Shown here piece by piece: positions 26,581-37,189 of a DNA stretch of 64,000 bases. Below the pieces are notes generated by a model. It was not told the origin of the DNA and searched no databases. It worked only from the letters and a program-made list of their open reading frames with translations. This DNA comes from Lobosporangium transversale. Its lineage: Eukaryota. The first letter of the stretch is position 1; the number at the start of each line of letters is the position of its first letter. The position numbers and the translations under genes were made by a program. The stretch covers positions 496,001-560,000 of the forward strand of contig NW_019028989.1 in assembly GCF_002105155.1 (NCBI RefSeq). Direction: 5' to 3'.

Positions 26581-27084
26581 ATGCCTGTTCCATCCTCGTT
26601 TAGTACCGCTGATACAACTGTTCCCTATCGTTCTTCTCATTGGCCTGCTCGCCTTTTGATCTGGACTGGCATTGGACATAATATAGCTGGTCTACTGGCC
26701 GATAAGTATCGCGTTCCATTGGTCGATGCTCTGAAAGATGGCTACCTCGATGCATTTGCCCTGGAAGCCGATCGTCGATCTGCTCTTTAGTTCTTCATGG
26801 CGAGATTTAACTTCATCGTCATGGGCAAGGTAGTTGGCTGACTCCTGTTCTCTAGCGAGAACAAAAGCAACCTCTCTATGGATAAAGGGAAGGTAGACAA
26901 CCAAAAGCAACAACACATTCAGAAACAACAACATCGAGATCGATCAGATCGAGTGATACCTCGTGCTCTGGGATGGTGGTTCCTGGGTATTTCCGTAGCT
27001 GGCGGAACGGCTATTTCCAAGAGTGGATTCTTCTTGTTAGGCTTGCAAGGTCTAGCTATCCTCTTTGCAAAGTTTATTAAGTGA
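26581..27084 (+). pseudogene. Tandem DUF6463-like paralogue with two in-frame stops (TAG 26788, TGA 26839) and no frameshift
   Basis: One frame from ATG 26581 to TGA 27084 aligns with the upstream copy (YRSSHWPARLLIWTG...AL*FF...G*LLFSS...SGFFLLGLQGLAILFA). Confidence 0.85.
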
Positions 27085-28271
27085 TATAAAAAAATAAAAA
27101 TAAAAATAAAAAAAAGGACAAGAGATGTGTCTTGGACGAATTCGCATTCATGTCTTGAATTTGCAATTCCTTCCATTTGGGACAATTGTAATTTAGGTAA
27201 ATCATTCTCGACAGGGAATGTACGCGGCAAAGAAACTTTTGGCATCTCTGGTCAGTTGCGACTATGACTGAATTATCAATTTGCATTGTTCTGATGAGAA
27301 ATAAGCTTTGTCCGATAAAAGCCAACATTTTATCCTAAAAGTTATCTCAAATAGCTACCCTTTTCAGCTATTATTTTTTTTACTTGAACAATGTAAAAAG
27401 AGAACAGATAAAAGCTTACTTTAAGCCAGATAAAACAATTAAAAGCGCTGTATAATTAAGTACACACTGACCCTTGCATCAGTTCTTTTTTTTTTTAACT
27501 CATCACTGGCTGTTGTCAAATATCATATCTCATCACGTTTGACTATCTGCATTAGAGTTTGCGTCAACATCAGATCATCCCAAAGGAAGGGACAAATGAT
27601 TTCAGTTACACGGCGCGCTAGATGGAGGATACCCGATATTTGAGTATGAGGGCAAATTCTTTGGTAACTCATAACTAAAGGCGTTTCTAAAATATCAAGT
27701 CAATTCATGCTTCGTATCGACTGACTAAACGAAAACGAACACTGATGGGCTTACAGGGATCTTTGTATGCATATCAACTGACCGCTGACGAGGCCAGGCC
27801 ATATAAATCTAATTGAAAAAAAAAAAAAAAAAAAAAAAGAAGTACAACAAATTGTGAGTCGTGAGAAAGTAATATCTTGCATGGTCAAAGCATGAATAAA
27901 AAGAATAAAAATAATGCAATCATGCGCTCAATGCATAGTCATGCATTGTCAGTAAAGCGTGCTTGTATATTAACCTGCTTTTGCCCACCCCGATTTTATT
28001 CTGCTGACGGAGCAAGGAACCAAGCATGTGCGGTCTCTCCGTTGAAGAGCAAACTCAACGATATTCATACGTGAGCAGCAGGGCGAAGGGAGAGCCCAGA
28101 CATCACACTGAGAGTCTTTTAATTGATTGCACAAAGAGGCGTTGTCCCTCTAAAATCCTTTCGTGATTTATCATCATCCAACTTTTCTTTCTTTCTTTCC
28201 CTTTTTCTTCGTCTCTTCCGATAAACCTTCCTCACCCACTCTCATTCTTATCGATTTGTTAACAAACAACA

Positions 28272-28626
28272 ATGACCGAGACATCTAATACAGATTTTAA
28301 GGTTAGCGCAACCGCTAGTCTCTACAATGTGCTGAAGAAGGTTATCGCAGATTTGCCCCAGATTGAAGCATACCATACCGCTAATTCCAAACCAACCCCT
28401 CCCGATCACGAAGTTTCGAGGTAAAATATAAAATATATTCGATGGATGTGAAAAAACAAAATGTGCTTGAAACGCCTTGTAACTAAGCGGAATTAGTATA
28501 CCGAGTGTAACAATATAATCTATTCTCCAAGTTTTAATCATAAGCATGCGACCGTTCGTGGCTACGTGTATCGTAAGTACATCAATCAACCGAAAGCTTG
28601 TAGAAAGAAGTACTCATATCCCTGAC

Positions 28627-28657
<31 letters not shown>

Positions 28658-29387
28658 GACTATGCAAACAGATTACGTCGAGGAGGGGGACCCTAAGGGC
28701 ATTCCAATAGTTCTAATCCATGGCTTCCCAGAACTCTGGTATGGATGGCGTAACCAGATCCGTCACTTGGAAAAGGAAGGCTACCGTGTTATAGCAATCG
28801 ATAATCTTGGCTTTGGAGGCAGTGTAAATATGATTTTAACGCCCTTCCAAAACTTTTATCTATTCTTCATTTTTAATTTTCGCAAACTAAGAGTAATCAT
28901 TTCTGCTGGGTCTCAAAATCTATAGGACCACCCAAGATGTGAAGCTGGGGATTTAGATCCTTATAGAGCCAAGAACCTGGCTGCAAACGTGGTCGAACTT
29001 TTAACACAATTGAATATCGATAAAGCTGTAATCATAGGCCATGACTGGGGCGCCTCTATTGCCTGGAAAACCGGTCTACACTTTCCTGAACGCTGTCATG
29101 CTATCATCGGGTAATAAGAGGGATAGGTTTGTGTTGTTTGCGAAAGTAGTATATTAGGTTAACCACTTTACATTTACATCTTGCTATGGCCTTATTTTAG
29201 TCTCGGCATTCCACATTTTCAACCTGCGCGAGAGTACAACGATCCTGAGACGATTGCCAAGATGATCCCTGAGCTCGGTCATTTTGCTACCTTCCAAAGC
29301 AAAGATGTTGAGCACTGGTTCAATAGCGATGTAATTCACAAAAAAGAAAGCCTTTAGCCAAGTAGCAGCAATGTCAGCCTCGAAACT

Positions 29388-29418
<31 letters not shown>

Positions 29419-29979
29419 CTTGTAAAATACTAGCCGCATACTCAAGCTGTAGCTTATTATAACGCAATGTTCGCTATAGCACCCGGGACAAATGTCGAGC
29501 AAAAGCAGTACTACATTGACCAATTCACTCGGACTACGTTTCATGGCGGTTATAATCTCTATCGTGCTGGCCGCCTCAATTACGAGGATGAACTGCGTAA
29601 GTATAAAAAGAAGTCTCCAATGCCTCTCGATACCCGATGCTTTGGAGTGATGTCTTTATTATAGCAGTTATATTTGAGTTGTGATACTTGAAATTAAAAA
29701 AGACGCATCTTTAAAACCATAGCATATGTCGACAAGCCATACACAGTGCCTTCGCTTCTAATTGTGATTGATCAAGATCATATGGTGCCACGGACCTTTG
29801 TAGAATCACAAAATACAGATACTTTCGTTAGTCTAGAAATAGACCATGTTGATGGAGACCACGGAGTTCATTCTACCAATCCAGAAAGCGTCAATCAAGT
29901 GTTCTCAAAGTTCCTGACGAACTTCTTTCATCGTAAAGATAAATCTGTTCAACATGATGAGAAGAAGGCACGGGAGTAA
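28272..29979 (+). CDS. Alpha/beta hydrolase, soluble epoxide hydrolase-like, copy A (multi-exon)
   Basis: HGFPELWYGWRNQI, DNLGFGGS, nucleophile GHDWGA, NLYR, acid DQD, catalytic His in GDHGV. Confidence 0.9.
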
Positions 29980-30275
29980 ATATATACTTTAAGCTTAAGA
30001 GAAAGAAAAGATTAGTAAAAAAAATCTTCAACATGGTTTCTGTTGTTGCATGCATGATTATTTCTGCTGTGTTCAAAACTTCGAATTGTTCCCACCAATG
30101 ACAGTTAAGTACACAATGCGTCACATTAAGCATCACATCAAAAAGACCATCCATCTCTTTTAATCATATCTTTGCCATTTTATTTCCCTTCCTTTCTCTC
30201 CTTTCCTACCCTTCTTTTGTCGACAGCTTATCGCCGTTGATGTCATTTATCCAGCAAAAAAATAAAATAAAAAAA

Positions 30276-32082
30276 ATGACTGAGACCTCTTCAACATCCG
30301 TTTCAAATACCTCGGCTGAAGCGCCTAGTCTCCACGATTCACTGAAGCAAGTGATCGCAGCCTTACCTCAAATTGAAGCGGTTCATGCCTCCAAGTCCAG
30401 GCCTACTGATCCCGAATATAAGGTGTCAAGGTATAGCATAAAATGGCCGATGGGTCTTGATGGCTATTTACCAGATTCACTGGATGATCCCCTAACATTA
30501 CCCTATTCTTGTTTATTGATTATAAGCTTCAATCACAAGTATGCAACTCTCTGCGGCTATAAATATCGTAAGGACCAAGCTCGCTGAATATCCCATTTTT
30601 CATGAGATGAGTACATTTCATTGTTTTGAAAGGCATCTAAAACTTTTTATCATTATTATTTTTATTCATGGAACAGATTATGTAGAGGAAGGAAATCCAG
30701 ATGGCATCCCGTTGATTCTCCTCCATGGATTCCCGGATTTGTGGTACGGATGGCGCTATCAGATCCGACACCTGGCCAAGGAAGGTTATCGTGTCATTGC
30801 AGTTGATAATCTTGGGTTTGGCGAATCTGTATGCCCTTTCTTCTCCGTGAGAAAATAAAAGAAAATTCGCAAATTAAGCATAATGCACTGACCGCTTCCC
30901 TTCATTTTATTAATCGACAGGACCACCCGACATGTGACATCGACAATCTGGACACTTACCGTGCGAAAAATCTGGCCAGTAACCTGATCGAGCTCTTGGA
31001 TCAGAAAAAGATTGACAAGGCTGTTTTTATCGGGCATGACTGGTATCTCTTTTTTTCTTTCTTTCTTTGTTTTTCTATCTGATGACAGAGTCGATATTCT
31101 TTAGAAAGATCTGAATGATTTCTTTTCTTTTCTTTTATATATATTTTCAATATGATAGGGGCGCATCGGTTGCTTGGCGACTTGGCATGCACTTTCCTTG
31201 GCGCTGTCATGCTATCATCAGGTTTGTTTATTGTTTTTTTTTGGTTTCCTCATTGTATGTCCTTGATTTCTTTGATGAATCAACTTGATCTCTCATTTCC
31301 TGTTTAACCCTTAATGCCCATATTTTCTTAGTATCGGATTTCCACATCAGACGCCATCGACTGAATATGTTCCTCCTGAAGCGACGGTCCAAGCCCACCC
31401 ACAACTCCGTCATTTCACTGCATTCCAAAGCAGAGAACCAGAAACGTGGTTTGAAGGCAATGTATGACCTTTCATACGTTATCTGTTAAATTCCTTTGTA
31501 AACTTTTAGGAGCAAAGCGCGATAAAAAGGTATTACTTATTTTTTTTATTTTTTCGTCAGCCACATACATTAGCAGTTGCGTTTTTCAATGCCATCTATG
31601 GAGATGGCGAAAAGAATACAAATACAGAGGAGAAACAGTATTATATTGACCAGTATACGCGCTCAACATTCCACGGCGGTTTGAATCTATATCGAGCCAC
31701 CACTTTGAACTTTCAGGACGATTTGCGTAAGCTATATATATATCTGTATATGTGTATGTAGTAATGCAATATAACTTTTGTTTATATCCTGACGTGTACA
31801 TATTTTAATCTCGATTTGACAGCATTCGCAGGAAAGCTATATACTGTGCCTTCATTATTGGCGATCATTGACCAAGACCCACTCGTAACTCCAGAGTATG
31901 TGGCAATGTTCAGTAAAGATATCTTTGTAGAGCTTGAACAGACCCATATTACGGAGGGGGGTCACAATGTCCTTGTTGAAAACCCAGTGGCTGTCAACAA
32001 GATTCTCTCGGAATATCTTGCCAAGTTCTTCGACAGAACTAAATCTGTTCAGGCAAGAAGGCTATCGTACCCCATCGAATAA
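30276..32082 (+). CDS. Alpha/beta hydrolase, soluble epoxide hydrolase-like, copy B (multi-exon)
   Basis: HGFPDLWYGWRYQI, GHDW/GA split by an intron, GLNLYR, DQDP, GGHNVLVENP; paralogue of copy A. Confidence 0.9.
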
Positions 32083-32332
32083 TGAAATAAAAGGAAAACG
32101 CAAGAAGGGTGATAAATTAAAACATTACTCAAGGCCGGGTCATGTTATGACGGATTTTTCCCTCCTCTTCTACTGTCGTATAAAAATAAATAAAATTTAT
32201 TAAGAGAGAATCCCCGTTTATGAAAATAATCTGAAAGTTCCCATCAAGGCTAGGGAAAGCATTAAAAAAATACTAATTGCTACTATTAAGCTTTGTCAAC
32301 CTCCTTTATGCCCCACTTCTCCCTTCAATATT

Positions 32333-34921
32333 TTACAAGGCCATGGCTGCCATGATGACAGCAATCAGCAAGCCAGAGAGTGTGCTGCCACTGCCAATAA
32401 TCGAAGCTCCAGACTTTTTCTTATCGGCGGGTTCAGGCTTATCACCAACCTTGGTGGGCAATTTTCCGGGGACAGCCTTTCCATTTTGCATCGCCACTGG
32501 TGATTGGCCATGGACATACTTGGAAGCACCAAATGAGAAATCATCACCCTCAAACCCGTTGTTTGCTGACGGTGATTTCTTGTAAGGTTGTTTATCGTTT
32601 GTGCATCCATCCAGGCGGACCATATCATACTCGTTACGGATCACAGTTGAGATGATCTCGGGTAATGCAGCCGCAGCTCCAGAGGCAGGGATATCATAGC
32701 CGACTACGACATAGGATGCTTTCCTACCATAAGCATCAGCCTGTTTCTTGAACGTGGACTCATAGATAGCAGCAATCTGAGATGCTTGTTCACGAGTATT
32801 GAACTTGTAATCAGCCTCATCCAAGTTGAACCCCACGAGTGTATAACCCATATCACGGAGTGTTGACTCCAGCTTTCGGTCCTTCGCTCCAGTTTCGTGT
32901 AGGCGGACATACTTGGGGTACTTGCCAATGAGTTCATGAATCTTGGTCGCGTGTTTAGCAATGTCAGCTCGGAGCTCGGCATCCGTCATGTCCTTGGAGG
33001 AATCGTTGGGGACACGATAGGTCATACCGATGAGGTGGCCGTCATTGTAGGCACGGCGGGCCACCCCGGCGTATTGCATGTAGTCGAGCCATGTAGCATT
33101 AGTAAAGAAAGTGACACGGGCCTTGGCTTCTTTGAGGATTTCGAGCATCTGAGTCGTAGCCTCACTAGGACCTTCGGACTAAAAATTAAACAAATAATAA
33201 AAGAGTAAGTGAAATTGATTGGCATTACATTATGAAAGGCGCATGTCTTCATTCTTTCTCAAGTAGGCAGAGGTCTTACAAAGGTAAGTGCAATTTGGCC
33301 AGGAGTCTCGCACTTTGTCACAAATTCACTCATTTGCTGAGCAGGGGCATTGGGCTTGACAGTAGTTGGAGGAACAGCGTTGATTGGCGGTTTATCTGTG
33401 ATTGGCTTGGCATTATCTTCATTGTTATCTTTGCTGTTGTCCTTATTACCGTCCTTATTACCGTCCTTACTATCTCCCTTATTGCTGCCCTTATTGTTAC
33501 CTTTGTTGTTTTCCTTATTGTCTTTATTTTCCTTGTTGTCCTTGTCATCCTGGTTGCCTTGGTTATCTTTGCTACTATTGCCATCATCGTCCTTCTGGTC
33601 ATCCTTCTTTTGGCCACCCTTCTTATGGTCGTCCTTCTTATGGTCACCCTTCTTACGGTCATCCTCTTTATGACCACCATCCTTATGATCATCGTCCTTA
33701 TGATCGTCTTTCTTATGGCCGCCTTTCTTATGGTCATCCTTCTTATGGTCATCCTTCCCCTGACCATCCTTCCCCTGACCATCCTTCTCCTGGCTGCCCT
33801 TCTCCTGATCCCCTTCCTTATGGCCACCCTTCTGACCCTCCTTGCCATCCTTCTGACCCTCCTTGCCATCTTTCTGACCCTCCTTGCCACCCTTCTGGTC
33901 CTCCTTGCCACCCTTCTGGCCCTCCTTGCCATCCTTAGAGCCCTGTTTTTTATCATCAGCGTTGTCGTTACCCTTGTTCATGTCCTTCTTGTTACCTTCA
34001 CCTTTCTTCTCTCCATTCTCGGCCTTCTTCTCGCCATTATCCTCCTTGTCCTCGTCCTTATTACCAACCTTCTTGTCTCCATTTCGCTCCTCCCCTCTAG
34101 TTTCATCTCTAGTTTCATCTCTACCTTCATCCATGTCTTTACCGATGTCATCACCATCTGCACCCGTGTTGTAACGGTCATGCTCTCTTTCCTCTGCATT
34201 CTTATACTCCTTACTCTTGCGGCTAATCTCAATCTGTCCCGCAGCATTACTGTCCAGAGGGACCATAGTTGTTAGATCTCCCGGCTGTTGCTCGACTTCC
34301 CCAACTAATTGGCGCTTCTGAACGTTTTTAGTTCTTGCTTCATTTGGCTGCCGCTGACCCTTCTGTTTCTGTTGTTGCTTCTTAGCCTGTTTCCGATGAA
34401 GGTGATAGTGCCCATGTGCTCGGAGCTGCCACATTTCAGGCTCAAAGGCTTCAATATCCGTGTCACCTGAATATAAATCTTCGACCTGTGTCTGGGCTAA
34501 ATTTCGATTCATCACAATATCAGCTGCACGCTTTGCGATTTTTCCGTTTTTGTGGTAGTTTTCCTGGTGATATTTTTTATTGGCTTTCTGGTAGTCCTTG
34601 ACGAGATGGTTGTGGCCATGCGCACGCAACTGCCATGGAAACAGAGCTGGATCCTCATTCGTAATCTCGAGGCCATTGGCATTTTGCTTCTGAGCATCAG
34701 CTATTTTTTTTTTTTTTTTTTTTTTTGAGTGAGGAAGAGAGCAATATGAGTAGGTTGTTGGTAATTTCTGTGGTATCAATATGTAGGACTTCCAACGTGA
34801 ATATAAAACAATAATGCTTATGCTTACCGAAACCAGAGATGGTCAGTGGCAATGCTGTGAGTAAAAATTAGCAGGCATTGAAAGAAGGGGAAAAAAAAAG
34901 TCAACGTCACATTTTAGTCGC

Positions 34922-34953
<32 letters not shown>

Positions 34954-35063
34954 TAATAGAAGCTTGAGCAAGCATATAATATGGGGCCATGGCTCGGAAG
35001 AAAAGCAAGTAATTGTTTACCCAAAACCGAAAGGATAAGCGGAAACCGCTTTGAGCAACGCAT
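32333..35063 (-). CDS. Secreted, probably GPI-anchored NodB/CE4 polysaccharide deacetylase homologue with degenerate active site and long repeat N-terminal region (4 exons)
   Basis: Spliced start MRCSKRFPLILSVLALPLTISGFADAQ; CETPGQIALTF/SEGPS, LEILKEAKARVTFF, ELIGKYPKYVR and RLDGC follow the layout of fungal chitin deacetylases; hydrophobic C-terminal tail after SGAS. Confidence 0.85.
33420..33940 (-). repeat. Coding tandem repeats: 21-nt units (KxGKEGQ), 15-nt units (KKDDH/KKGGH/KDGQG), 12-nt units (NKDG/NKGN) and 9-nt units (NKE/NKD)
   Basis: Visible as ccttgccatccttctgaccct and ttcttatggtcatcc arrays on the + strand. Confidence 0.9.
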
Positions 35064-35557
35064 CGTTGGCGGATCAAAAGGAGAAAAGACTAGAGTAAGT
35101 TGTAAGGTACTTTCAAAGATTATTGGAGAGTAGGTGTAGAGTCTTGGAAGAGTATCAGTAAAGAAATTAAAAGAATAAAATAAAAAAAAATAAAATAAAA
35201 TAAAAAAAAAAAAATAAAAAAAAAAGGAAAGGAAAAGAAAAAAGATAAGAAGGAATAAAGAAGTATCCAAGGACAAATATCAATAGATTAAAAGAAGAGG
35301 AATATAATCCAAATATAATTAAGTGTTATGTATCCCAATATCCTTTACGCGTGTAGAACATAGATCTCATATGCAAGACATTGGAGGCTCTAGAATCTCC
35401 TCTTCCAATCCCTACCATGCATCTCTAATCGGACCAATCTTTTTTTAAATTACATTTACCCTACCTTCTTAAGATGATTGAGCTTCTTCAACCCCGTCAT
35501 TCTCTAGTATTTATTTTGCTCTTGAAAAAGATGATATGAGACATATGTTGTATCTCG

Positions 35558-35590
<33 letters not shown>

Positions 35591-36278
35591 ATTATTAACG
35601 TCGTATTTAGAATATGCAAGTTGAAATATTCATGGTCGTCCAATTTTTTGATTGGTCCACTGTTCGCGTCCTATTTGATACAAATCTTTTTTTGGTGTAA
35701 GAGCCATGAATTCTGTAGCCACGAACTACTTCATTACTTCAGACTTGAAGTTACTTTTATTCTGCAGGCGAGAAAGCCGAGAAAGGTGCTACAATAACAT
35801 TAGAAGAGATCAATAAAGATAATCTTTGGAGCTCTGTACATACACATCGCATTCTCTATCTCGTTTTCTGAAGTATTGATCCACAAATCATTGGATGGAT
35901 CCGATGTGAATCCATCTTTGCCTCTCAAGCCTAGGTAGAGTCCTTTACCCCCATATTCCATGGCCCTTTACATGTTTCCACCCATCCCAAGTAGTGCGAG
36001 TGTAATCAGCCATTCATACGTTATGACTAAGAATTCGTTAACTCGATTGAAGAGCTCAGCTTACTATTTGGATACAAATAATGACAACATTCCGATTCAT
36101 TCAATCTTCGTCTCGGTTCAGGCTATAATAGCTAAGGGGACATTAGAATGTGCGACCGCTGAATTCGGTTAAGAAAAAAAGGCTGTGCATGATAAGAATG
36201 CTGCTTCAGGGGAAAGAGCAAAGGTTTGTCTCCTTGGAAGACGACCGTTGTTTGATTACAGCTGAATATTTAATATGG

Positions 36279-36315
<37 letters not shown>

Positions 36316-37147
36316 GACTCGTTATGATTCGAGACGCGTTAGGAAAGGAGAGACAAAAAAAAGGGCATTACGTGATAGACAATTCAACCAAACAAGGTTT
36401 GGAATCCTTCAATGTCTCTCTTCATTACATAGTTCTTCATAGCCGTACCTCCGGACCTCCTAGTAAATGATATGTAAAATGGTTTTAGCACCTCTGCTAA
36501 ATGAGCCATGCCCATAAACCGTAGAAGCCCTTCAATTCTCGCATGTCTAAATGTAAATTCACCAACGTTCAATGCACAGAAGGGGAAGGCTGTGGCTCCA
36601 CCCAGAAATTAGACGTTAGTAAACTATTAGAGCTGAGATAATAATGCGACTCTTTTCCCAATGGTATAAAGAGCTTCACAAACCAATGGAGCAACCGATA
36701 TTAAACAACATTAGTTTCGCCACCGTTGGTTATCTCCTTCATATCTTCCGGCCTAATATCACGTCCCTGTGTGAGTAGACGTCTGTTTCGCTGATCATAG
36801 ACCAAGACTCTACTAAGGATAAATAAATTACAATTGTTGCAAATTAAAGTATCTTGATTCTTTATTGTTAATTCTCATGCTCATTCCTCGAATCATTTTG
36901 TTCTCATAGTGATTATAGGCCATTCAGAACTTCATATTATCCCGCTTCTGGCTTAAATATCATTTTAGACTATATAAAAGACAACATTGTGGTATAAAAC
37001 CCAATAGTGATCTTAAGACTCGAACCCACAAACGCGACAAGAATAATTGATACCGAAAGTTTATTATTGTTATCGCTATAGTTATCAAAAGAGGAGTATG
37101 ATGCGGATGAGTGACACAAGATTAATTAGCATGGCATGGTGAAGTGC

Positions 37148-37189
<42 letters not shown>

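Noticed and set aside
27560..27840. Segment ending in a long A-run (possible retrocopy)
   Set aside because: Such A-runs are ubiquitous here; no target-site duplication or identifiable parent gene.
33232..34275. Long ORFs in several alternative frames (347, 208, 178 and 107 aa)
   Set aside because: Shadows of the K/D/G/H repeat array; only one minus frame splices to a signal peptide and the CE4 domain.
37010..37090. tRNA T-loop-like GGGTTCGAGTC on the minus strand
   Set aside because: T-stem does not pair (GTGGG versus CTTAA); no acceptor or D arm.
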